Assembly (NCBI GenBank): GCA_040437565.1
Contig: JBDOQK010000036.1
Span: forward strand, 1-64,000
Source: Albugo candida
Taxonomy: Eukaryota
DNA length: 64,000 nt
Direction: 5' to 3'
Shown here: positions 13,401-24,590 of the stretch, one piece after another
Position numbering within the stretch: the stretch's first letter is position 1
Layout of the letters: the number at the start of each line of letters is the position of its first letter
Translations under genes and position numbers: made by a program
The notes under the pieces: generated by a model
Databases searched by the model: none
What the model was told of the DNA's origin: nothing
The model's input: the letters and a program-made list of their open reading frames with translations, nothing else

Positions 13401-13829
13401 GGATGCTGTTTTAAACGATGCCTGATGGTGGGGTGTATCACGACGTAGTCGAATTTTAAGCGTCTACGTCGGAGGTATGAGACAACAGTCTGGTCTTTCA
13501 AACAGACTGTTCTCGACTCCAACGGACATTTAGTTTCAAAAATTGTTTGGTCATCTTCTTCTCCGACATCATCGCACTCCCCAGGAACGTTGAATGTTTG
13601 CTTAAGTTGGAAGTGAAACGTGAACTAATTTTTTGGGGGAAATTCTAGGTATTTTCTCACTAATAATCCATGGTCGACTTGGATCAGCCGCATGAGAAGG
13701 ACATGGATGAAAACGTGAACGACGTCGATAACACAGACAATGCAGACAGCACGGACGAAATAACGATTGACGCTGACATTGGAAAATTCAGCATGGAATC
13801 CACGAGATACAAATTGCCGTAAATGTACT

Positions 13830-16213
13830 CACCTGAACGGCAGTTCCGACGGTCATGCCCTTCCCCTTCACATACTCCGCAGCGTCGTGTTTCCTTTACG
13901 AACATGGACGCGGAAACTCTAATCGGCACTATTGACGTCGACGTTGTGAGATTTATCATGGCGTTAACACGATATGAATTGCCTCAAGTTAATCTCCCGA
14001 ACAACCGACGGACACCGATTCCGAGGCGTAAATTTCCGAATGTTTTCCAAACCTACATCGATTCCGTGGCGCCTAGTGTTTCCAGTTAGCATGAATTTTA
14101 TATGGCATGCCGTTTTTTATTTTACTCACCAACAATAGACCTGAGGGCAACAACGTCCTTTGTGGCCTATTAGTCTGCATTCCCCACATCTATGTTTTCC
14201 TACGCGACCTTCCTCATGTTTGAATTAGGATGCGTTCCGCTTCGTACTGTTCTTTGAAATATTTTTAGCGCCAACCGGTCTTCCGCGGGGTTGTGGATTC
14301 AAGAACCGCGGTTTGTACTATACAACAGTGCTCTGGTCATCGAGCAACTTTGCGACGGTCGAAATTGCCTTCTCTTGTTCAATTGCCGGGAGGATGTTGA
14401 TGCGAGCCCAAATCAATTCCCATTGGTCTTCAAAATTCTTCTCCTCTGCCTGATTGATTTGTTCAGCACAAGTTAGTGAACCAGAAAAGATTGAATTCTA
14501 AAAGATTGACGGCTCTTAAATCTGTTGAGTTCCATTCCAGGTACCATCGGCCGTGGACACAGGAAACGGTCTATGTATTCCGATTCCTAAAGATGGCCGC
14601 GAGCTCATGTGCGCAAGGAACCCCCATTGTCGATAAATGGTATCCAGCGCACGAACGAAGTTCTTGCATCGATTTTTCAAATTCGTACAGTAATGCGAAC
14701 AAAGAAATTTTTCCGGATACCGGTGCGAATATTCTGTAAGGTCCAGCAAATGATGCATATTCTCGTCGCTTCTCTAATTTTTCTCTGCTTTGTTCTTGTG
14801 ATTAATCGCAATTGCCAGTTTGTTGAACATCGATAGTAAGTCTTGGTCAAGACTTGTAGAAATTTTTTATGTACGCATGGACTCCCTCTGTCTGCGAAGA
14901 CGCCTTGGTCCCAAATTGTGGATGCCGTGAAGTCCAAGCGTTCACAAGCCGTTCCTTGTAGACCAGCCAAGTTTTCGTCACGTATCAGGTACCTGTGACT
15001 TCTTCGACAGACTTTCGGAGAGCTTTTCATGCTGCTCATCATATTCTTCCGCGTCCAGGAAGACACCAGGCCATTCCATAGGTGCAGAAACTCGTCTAAA
15101 GTGTTTTGGGTTGTATACTGCTTTTGCAATTGGCAACGATATTTTTGTTGATATACCAAATACAGGGCAGATTCGGGGACGACGGGTAGACTTGTGCGAT
15201 GGTCACCATAAAGGCCAGTTACCGGTCTATGACGATTACTTTGGCGCAGATTCATTTTTCCACAGTGTTAACAATTTCGACATTGTCCACGCATAATTCT
15301 CCACTTTCTCCCCGGCCAGGAAGCAGAAAACTACGGTGAATGTCGTAATGAACGCGGTCATTTCGATGATGTGAAGAAGCGGGAGTCAGTAACGGTCTGT
15401 ACCATACGTGCATTCCTTCACAACAACGTGATTGTATCGGCTCGCTAGCTTCATGCAGTCCGGATGCGCAAAAAATGGGCCAGTAATGTTCCTCCATTTG
15501 CTTCAATATGGTGCACAAAGTCACTCTCTCGAAGATCATCAAAAAGAGGCTCTAGAAGAGTTCTCCACGCGAGTTGATTGCTTCAAACGTTGACTCGTGC
15601 GTTTTACAAAGTGAGCAGGTTTACGAAGGTATTCTTTTTCGTCATCCTTAGCCTTGACAAAATAGCAGTCGGTTTGACACCCACAGTCGTCATTTTCTTC
15701 AATTGTTCCGCCTTTTATTCGGTGAGCTTTCTATTGGTCGAATGCCCGTACGGATGAAGAGAACATCTGTGATTGTGCTCGCTGTGTATCGTCTTTAACT
15801 TCCATTTCTCTTTTTTTGTAATAATTCGCGTAGAAGAGAATGGGGCGTCCGATGAGCCGAGATGCTGTCTGCCGCTTTCGTTCTGATACTTGAGACAGGT
15901 CTGCGCCACCATGGTCACCTTTCAAGTATATATTTTTCCGGTAACCGAAAGTTTGGTAGTCACTTCATCTCTCTGGCCAAGAGCCTATTTCTGTGCTGCG
16001 ATAAGCAATTATTCACAGCTACCATATTTGGCCTCTTAGGGAAAGAGCATGCCTGGAGTGTTCATTACGTCAGATGAGCAGAAAGGTGTGGCATTTGCTG
16101 CTCGTCAACCGTTCTTTTATTTCGTGAATGGCAGCATCTCTTTACATACCGTTGTCGTTCGGCGGAATCAAAGCCTCCAGTCTTGATGTCGAAGACGAGT
16201 CGGCTGCATTCAT
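13830..16213 (-). pseudogene. MULE transposase pseudogene
   Basis: FAR1-like domain, DDE core and CCHC knuckle in the expected order, spread over several frames with stops. Confidence 0.8.
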
Positions 16214-17896
16214 TGTATCTGAGAAACATAAAGTGCGTCGTCAGTTATCATTTGCCTCCGTTCTAGCAAGGAAGTCATGCTAGAACGAGCGCTCTCTTTA
16301 CAGAAACATTCTCACTATGCACAATTGAGTTGGTGGAAGTTAAGTCGCGGTGAGGGGAAAAGGCTCTCTTTTGAAATTGAGAAGTGAAGAACAAGTCGGT
16401 TGCATCCGTTGAATTCGAAGAGTGATCAAGTGGACGTGGCCAAAAGCCTTGGGTCACGCGGTTCAGACGGGAGTAAAGTTAACCGAAAGAGAGTGGAAAT
16501 AACAATTGCCTAGTTTAAAAAAACCAACGAGATCAAACAAAGCCTTACATAACAAGTCGGTACTCAAGCAAAACACGGATACAAACGGCAATCTGGAACG
16601 GTTTAAGGCTAGAATGCTCTCCTTCGGGGACGAACAAGTATTCGGAGTCAACTAAAACAATACATTTGCAGCAGTCAGGGACTGGGGAACAGCGAATCTC
16701 ATACTAGCTTTAGCGAGCCATGGCGAATAACCTAATTCGTATGTGAAGGCACCAGCATAAAGAGCTTAGATCTGTACTTACAAGTGCCTCAAAGAATAGA
16801 AATATAGATGTCCAAGCTGCATGAACGCGGTGGGACCAGTCGTGAGAAACTGAAACTACCATTAGAGAAGAGTCTTTATGGGTTGAAACAAACGGGGCCG
16901 CTATTGAGTCACCTTTTTCATGAAAAGCTAAGCGCTGCAGGTTTCAAACAAAGTCTCGGAGCCTCGTGTTTATGTCGGAGATATACTGATAACGGGGACA
17001 AGTTTTCGAGAATCGAGTCGACATTTGTTAGTCTCATGAGTCTTTTAATGAAGAATCTCGGACCCGTCAGCAAGGTTTTGGGCATGTAAGCTCGCTACAG
17101 CCAAGAACATGGATATTCCCTGGATCAGGAAAGGTCTATACGCCAACTGATAATGAAAATGGTTCTGGATGAAGCAAATCTCCGGTTCTCACGCCTATCG
17201 GTCAGGACTACAGCGATACCATAATATCAAATTCGCATTACTTTGAGATGCATTTATTCAAGAAGCAAACGATCAAGAAGTTTCAGTCTTTAGCGGGCAA
17301 CCTTTGATGGTATTCGCGCTGCACTAATCCGGGCGTTATGGGCGTTAGGTGTCATAGTGGTGAAGTGTCTCAACGGTACGAAAAGTCTTAAGCTCTATTT
17401 GGGTGGTGAAGTATGCACCAATCCCTGAGAAGTCACTGTAGAAGCGTTTTCAAATGCTAATTATGCGGCGGATGATGAAACGAGAAAGACCATATCCGGT
17501 ACAGCATTCCTTTAAATGAAATGCCGATCAGCTGATCGTGCAAGAAGCATCACTCAGTGTCATTAGTGACGATGGAAGCAGAGTTGTAACAGCATCGAAG
17601 CCATCGCAGGAATTGAAAGTCAAGGTGAAAGAGCCAATCATCTTGTGAATGGATAACCGGACGGTTATGAGTCAACTTCTCAACAAAGCTACTTAAATCA
17701 AGGCTTAACACATCGACGTCCGACTAAAATTCGTCAGAGCTAACGTGGCTAACAAATTATCGCACTAAGGTACGTGAATACGTCGAAGATGATTGTCGAT
17801 TTGCCGACGAAGGCGTTTCCGACACCGAGATCAGACGATGCAAGTAAAGGATGACACAAGTTCAAGTGCAGCCAAAAAAGGAGGAGTAACGCAAGT

Positions 17897-18185
17897 TGTC
17901 GGTAGGTAATGACTTTACACAGCCGTTGTTCGGATGTTCCAGGAAAACTACTCAAGGAGCTGGCTGTGGTTTCGTGCATCTTCCGTTAGGGGGTGTCCCG
18001 ACGCGGTGGTTTCATAACCACGTCGAGCAAATGAACGGGTAGTCCCAGGATAAGACACAAGGGCAATTAGGGCCGTAGGACGACAGATATGAGCATGCAT
18101 ATTATACTTACTTCTATTTTTCCCTCCCTTTAGTAGAGCAACTTCCCATTCCGTGCGATTTTTCAACGCAGCTGACCTGCCAACA
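17897..18185 (+). repeat. LTR-like segment (~289 bp)
   Basis: Imperfect inverted ends TGTCGGTAGGT ... ACCTGCCAACA, 10 bp downstream of the copia PPT. Confidence 0.5.
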
Positions 18186-18581
18186 AGGAATGTGCTAAAT
18201 TACAAAGAAATTGCCAATCTTCTTGCAACATAATCGTATTGTTCACCACGAAGTTGTTGACGAGATCATTACTACTCTTAAAAAGACTTCGAAGCTGATT
18301 TTTAGTGTGATCTCCTCTATTTCGTCTTTGCGGATATGAGTGGTGGAAGGTTTTCGCTGTAGAATCGAATCTGCAACTTTTTATGCGATCTAGTTTATTG
18401 GGACAATCAAGTTGTTCGCGAAGGTCGATCTAAAGAACAAGGGTATGTGTGATGTTACAAGGTGTAGATGGAGTATCTTCGGATTGCGGTTTCAGTGTGG
18501 TAGCGGATGCGAATTATAAAGGCCGCGTGCAGTAGACTCATTAGTATATTATTTATCACAACGGATAGCTAAAGATTCGTT

Positions 18582-18668
18582 GTCGATAGTCGATAGTCGA
18601 TAGTTGATAGTTGATAGTTGATAGTTGATAGTTGATAGTCGATGATAGTCGATAGTCGATAGTCGATG
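18582..18668. repeat. Heptamer tandem repeat (GATAGTY)n, about 12 units
   Basis: GTCGATAGTCGATAGTCGATAGTTGATAGTTGATAG... read directly. Confidence 0.95.
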
Positions 18669-21487
18669 GTCACTGCCAAAACGCATTCCGCTTCAAAATT
18701 GTGAATTGATGCGTATGGAGTTGAATCTAAGAGTAGATATGATGTAGCCAATCTACTTGGAGACCAAAACTTTCATCTATGCTTAACCATGTTGTAATAT
18801 TGTGCGCGCGATTCTTGCAGAAAGCTGTTTCCGTCACGAAGGAAGCGTCTTCATCCCATGTTTTCCTGTAGTCGACTACATTTGCATTTTTTGTCCTCGA
18901 CAACATAAGTGCATGAATGTTTTGTTCAGTGAACGGTTCTGAAATCTTGGCATCAGAGTCTCCGATGAGCTGGCGGTGCAACTGATGGATCGCTCGCTCG
19001 AAAGTTCTATAAGATGCCCCTGATCATGTGAGCAGCGTCTCGACTAGGGAGCGTATAACCGAGCAATGTAGTCATGATTCATCTTGCCGAAGAGTTTTTT
19101 TTAGCTGTAGTACGGCGATGTGATCGCTGGTCGCCCAATAACGATAAACATGATAGCAACTCTTTCGGGGAGTGAAATTCCAGCCCGCAGGGGGGCAAGC
19201 CTAGGTAAAAAAAGTAGGAATCTATAGTGATGGTTCTGCCTAGCTTGTCGGCGAGAACATTAATCTGTTTGTCAGATTTTGTACCAAGCGAGATTTTGCT
19301 GCAAATCTGTGTACTCAGTGGTTTGATTCAGCCTTCAAAAGCCAAGAGGACCGAATGTAAGGAAAATACCTGATCAAAAAGCAGTCAAGATTATACTCTT
19401 GATGTCAGAATGCTAATGGAACTAAAAAGAGGAATCATTTGCATGAGCCTTTATGAAGCAGCATTCCTTATTTAACGATAAGCTCCCCAGCTTGTTCCAC
19501 AACTCCGAGCACTTTTCAAATATAAAGCGTTGTATAGGAGCCTATCATGGCGGTTGTAATCAACTCACCAAACAGCATCGAGGGTGCAATATATACAAAG
19601 GTCCGAGCCTATTTGACGAACACAATCTTGTTTCCTCAAGTCAAGATTGATGACTTTTGCATACCAGTTGAGGATCCATGGACCACATTTTCTGCCATAC
19701 TTTTTACGTCTCCAGTTCTTAAAGCATCACTCTGGTATGTGTATATAAATGATTATATAGAAATTCTGGTGGCTTGCTAGGAGAGTTGTTGTGACGTCTC
19801 TTCTTCCCAACGCCTTGTATACATCAACTATGCTCGTTGTGTTCGACAAACACGATTCTGAAGAATGACTCAGACGAACATGTACGCTCGATCCCAGCAA
19901 AGCGGATCGCACGGGTCTGGATTGAACATATTCGCGTAGACTCTTGGTTACAAGAGTACAACCTGTTGAAATATGGCGTCTAATGGAGTTGATTGTTGGC
20001 GGATCTCTGGCCGCCTCGAAACTGCTGTATGCAATTTGTGCGCACCAGGCGACCAGGAGAGACAGAGTAGGGAAAAATCAAGGTGGATTCAGAATTGTAT
20101 AGGATAGTCCACCTATAATGATGGCATTATACTCAGTCTGCAACAATGCCTCTTTAGACCATGCTACTCCAAATCTATACAACCAAATGAGTTGGATGAG
20201 GGCTCTCGTTTACAACATGTACAATCAGCTGGACTCCTTGCGGAGAGGGATTGAAACAAGAAGAAAATAGAGTTGCAAGTATCTCATTGCTGTAGTGGTG
20301 GTAAGTCCACTATGTGCTGTATGAGGTTTGGCTGGCTGATCGAGGGAAGGTCACAGGCGTCTTAAGAAGGTTGGAGAAATGAAATGATTTGTATATGAAG
20401 GGCTTTGACATATGACCAGTTTCGCAAGCCAGTGGTACAATATCGAAAGGAGACTGACTAAAGGGTTCTACATAGTGATGAAGATCCAATGCTGCCTTCA
20501 TGAGAGACGCTGGTATCTTTCTGCTATGAGACTGTCACTTTAACTTGCTATCTTGATATTGCATGTTGTTTTGAACAAAAATATTTATCAGCCTCCACTT
20601 GTCAAAAAACTAATACTAAGTTCATCAAACTTATTTCTTAAATGCACAGTGAAGTCATCAGCCATAATTTCTCCATTGCGACTGCCCCATTCCCTCCCTC
20701 GCAATCTATAGTCAGTCCATGCAGTGGTATAGTTTTTTCATATCAGACTTTTTGGCGTGCACAATGCCAGTCGCCATGGAAATGACTACGAACACGCCAG
20801 ATGCACGTCAAAATGCCATTGGCAATACGGGTTTGCAACTTATAAATACACATACCAAAGTTTCTGATTGCCTTTCAGAAATAGCGATTATGAAGTCAAA
20901 GTGTCAAAAAGCGGAAAAAATACCTACTTTGTTTTATTAGATGCATATAACAATCGCATCGAAGGAAACTCGTATAAGAGTAGGTGATGTAATGATCTGC
21001 AATTTCTTCCTTTGATTCCACTTTGCAGAAATCAGGAAGAAAAGTATGACGTTATTCTGGGAAGCTTGAATAAGAGTACGAATCCAGTGATGAAGAGTGT
21101 TATTGTTATCCACCTCTTACATCATGCGTAGCACGGTCTTGTCTCCTACGATCATGAATACTTCAACAAAGTAGTTGCAGCATTTAAGATGCGTCCCGGA
21201 TCCTAGAAGTCATTGTGGAATGCTTGAGTTGTAGCGTCATAATTCTTAGGCCTGTCTGAACAACTCCAAATATATGACGTTCGTAATACTTGCAGCAATT
21301 GGTTTTTGTGTATTAGAAGCAAAACAGTCATCCATAATAGCTTTTTTGCGCGGAAAAAGCCACTGACATTAGACGTAAAAACAACTTCCCAATTGCTTCG
21401 ATAGCCTCATGAACGCAACTCATGAGATAAAGCAAGCTTGCATGTTTTAAGCCCTCCTGATGTGGTATTACACGTACAGTCTGTATA

Positions 21488-23416
21488 TCAGTCAAGATGC
21501 TTTGTCGCGTCGCAACTCTGTAGCGTCGTGAAATGCTTGACGCAGCTTTCGTATGTTCTTTCAGGGTCTTCTAATTGCCAGATGATAATTTCGTCCAAAA
21601 TTTTCTTCACCTCAGGCCCGGGCGAAACGCCCAGTACTCGAATGACATCATTTCCCTACAATTATGAGCAGAGGTCAAAAATGAGATAAGTCAATAACAT
21701 ACTATAAAACCGACAGTCATGAGGGGTTTCAAGCTCCAGGCTCCCTCGAGATTGTTGTTAGTGACAAATGTCGTGAGTGCATCGTATTTTGCTGATACAA
21801 AGCTCTGAGGAGTTGTGGAATTCTGGATCATGTCGCTGATACATGCAACGTCCCGGCAAACTTCCCAAAGCGGTCCGATTTTCCTTAGTAAAAGTCCTAC
21901 CTCCACGCGGTCGAAAACGTTTCCATGAACAAGCTTCTGCAAGTCGCCACAATTTGCAAGTATGATATGATCAATGTCTTCAGCATCACGATTTCGTAGC
22001 TATGTACAATCTGTCAGGTAACGTCAATGCCAGAGTATCGAATCGCAAGCACACAACCTTCAAAGATTCTTTGATAACGTAGCATGGAAGCCTTACTTTT
22101 TTCTTTGACAACATAACGCAGTAAGACGAGAACGGGAATAAAAACGAGGCCAGACAACTCAATTTGTAACGATTTCGCTTTTTTTCTTCCATTTTGTCTA
22201 TCTCTGACTCCAGGAAACCATAATGCGTGCTGAGATAATGATGCATTTTTGTAGAGTGCTCATATGCATGATCCCATTTTTTAATGAAAATATCGCTTTG
22301 GACGTTCGTATCGTTTTCGTCCATAATACGGGATTGTTGAGGTAGTAAGAAGATACATTTGAACAAGCCCAAATCATGCATCATACTGAAGGCACTTTGA
22401 GGATGAGCCGAGGGGCCTTCTAACATGCCGAGAAGCTCTTTGCCGATACGCTCGCGGCTCACTTTTTGTATGAGAGCATCTTTGACTTCATCAAGCTGAG
22501 CAGCGTCGCATAGACTTTTGTCTAACTCGAAGCCAAATCGAGCGGCGAACCGAATTGCGCGTAGAACACGCAAAGGATCATCCAAAAAGGTAACTCGTGG
22601 ATCCAATGGTGTTCGAATAATCCCGTTTTTTAGATCGTCCAATCCCTAAAATTAGATACTAAGGATATAGTCAACAACACAAATAATGTTGTAGTAGTCT
22701 CACGCGCTCTGTAAAGTCCTCAACTCGATCATTCGATATATTGTAATAAAGGCTGTTGATTGTAAAATCTCTTCTTTCAGCGTCCTCTAATGGTGTGCCA
22801 AATTGCTGAATACATTACTTGACACTCTAAGACCGATGCATGAATAAAGGAGCATCACTTACAACATTTGGAATGCGATGGTCTTCTGAATATGTCTCTG
22901 ACCGAAGATTCACAAAATCAACCCATCCAATCTCTTCAAATTTCATTGTGATTGTCTCTAGATGCTTTGACTGCTCAGGATTCGCTTTAATGACACCAAT
23001 CGAATGTGTCTTTCCACCGTGCTGATTTTCATATTCGTTCACGAATTTAGCAAAATCGCTCCCAGTGATAGTGTCCAATGCGATATCGATATCGCTAGAA
23101 TCGAGGCCCAAAAGCTGTTGTAAGGAAGAGGTACTATTTTATTGGCAAGTCCATGGTCTAAATTCTGATGCAGTACCTTATCACGTACCCAACCACCAGC
23201 AACTCGCAAAGTTACATTGCATGCACTCTGTCCAGCAATCTCACGAAGAAATCCGAACAACTTAAGCTCCACTTTATTGACCTTGATAGATGTTTTCTCG
23301 ATCATCTCCTTGTTTGTAATTGTTGCTAAACGTTTTATGCGATGATTTCTGCTCGCGATTGCGTTCGGACAAACGGTTCCAGCGATTCGTTTGTTAGATG
23401 ACATCAATGCGCGCAT
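21488..23416 (-). CDS. CCA1: CCA-adding tRNA nucleotidyltransferase (multi-exon)
   Basis: [88 protein letters not shown] and C-terminal [10 protein letters not shown]. Start codon uncertain (three in-frame ATGs). Confidence 0.95.
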
Positions 23417-23464
23417 GCACAGCAGCTCACTGCCTAAATACGAATTTGAAACATCGTCGGCGTC

Positions 23465-24509
23465 ATGGACGATTATCAAGTTGCAGATATTATCAATAAA
23501 GAGGTATACGCGGCTTATAATCATCTATGATATTTTTTGCAGCGGAATTCAGCTTGAGTTTTGTTGCTTAAGCAAAAGCGTCTGCAGTGTTCAGTCGGAA
23601 CACATGGCGTGACAAGTTATCTGGTGAGAGACAAAGTGCACCAACAGAGGTACCAGATCTTTTTATATGATATGGTAGATGAGGCAGCAAACACGGAAAG
23701 ATGTAAACAAAGTATTCTTAGCAAATACAATTCGAAGGTTCGATTTTGACATAAGTATCCATGCCAAGCCAGGTGCTTCATCTTTTTTTGTAGTGTTGAC
23801 TCGCACAATCAGAAATTGGTACGTCACAAACCATGAGAAAATAAAGTTTGATGGTAGATGTCATTTCTAGGAAGAAGACTTTTGTTGGCGGCAGCTCGAT
23901 GGAGACCGTAAAAATGGTACCATGAAATGCAAAATGATGTCAATGCTACATAGATTTGTCTGATGCGAGGTTTTCGTAGAGAAGCATCATATCACGTCCA
24001 GATCAACTATCTGGAGGAGGAGGAGCAGGCACAGGAGCAGGCTCAGTAGAAGCAGAAGTAAAGGCAGAGAGAATAGCAGAAGAAGCAGAAGTAAAAGCAG
24101 AAGTAGAAGCAAAATAAGAAAAACGAAAAGCAGCTGCAGAAAATCCGGAAGGGAAAGAGAAGAGCACATTAGTACAACAGAGCAGCGTTGTCGTAACACA
24201 ACTGATTTCGATATAGATGAAGAAAAGGTAGACAAACGGTATCATAGTGACAAAAAAAGCAACGCAAACATTTCACTAGTTTGTGATCGCAACAGCAAAG
24301 GAACCGCAAAACGAGAACGAAGTACCGCAAAGAATAATGTGCCAAGCGAAAGGGAGTACTGGGCAGCGAAGAAATCGCGTAAGACAATAAGTATGTGGGA
24401 AGAGACTTATCGAGTCCGTGCCAGGAACACATCTGACTGCACAAAGTCAGAAGAGTCAGAATCTGATTCTGATGTGAAGTCCAACTGCTTGAGTGGCAAA
24501 GTTAAGTGA
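23465..24509 (+). CDS. Six-exon gene, conserved N-terminus (POLR1D-isoform-2-like family) plus RS-rich tail; exons 23465-23503, 23573-23623, 23679-23737, 23794-23818, 23871-23916, 23980-24509
   Basis: GT-AG splicing gives one open frame MDDYQVADIINKE-QKRLQCSVGTHGVTSYL-MRQQTRKDVNKVFLANTIRS-VDSHNQKL-EEDFCWRQ...RRRSRHRSRLSRSRSK...SRSKSRSRSK...*. Confidence 0.75.
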
Positions 24510-24590
24510 AACGGTGCATGTACCGGTTATTATCTTAATACAAGCCTCCACGCACCGGTTGGTTCATTATTTGTTCACTTCTTGAAAGGA

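Larger units (their letters stand above)
12935..16515 (-). mobile_element. Mutator-like DNA transposon (MULE), decayed, nested in the copia RT
   Basis: Minus strand: FAR1/WRKY-like WKLKTIHSEHNH, MULE core FFxHPDC...CTYGTDRY*LPLLHII...FCFLAGEKVENYAW, VIVID...LPCIWYINKNI and C-terminal CGVCEGEGHDRRNC. Boundaries inferred from the interrupted RT frame. Confidence 0.85.
10288..17886 (+). mobile_element. Decayed Ty1/copia retrotransposon (gag-PR-INT-RT-RNase H) interrupted by a MULE insertion
   Basis: PBS-like GGTTATAAGCCCA (10288-10300); gag SEHFLFLTAVS; zinc knuckle CYIICGKSGH (~11223); protease WVIDS...HLV (~11350); CVTCAESKQ and integrase VVCSDLK...FIDYKS (~11870-12080); RT LEENLTWTIV (~12905-12934) resuming at KKP...ERFKAR (~16517), LEKSLYGLKQ; RNase H NYAADDETRKTISG, HIDVRLKFVR; PPT AAAAAAGGAGGAG (17874-17886). 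Many stops and frameshifts. Confidence 0.9.

Noticed and set aside
18582..18668. Possible CRISPR or telomeric array
   Set aside because: No spacers, and the unit is not the TTTAGGG type.
23987..24245. Poly-Leu and Ser/Ala/Pro-rich minus-strand ORFs
   Set aside because: Antisense shadows of the RS-rich plus-strand exon.
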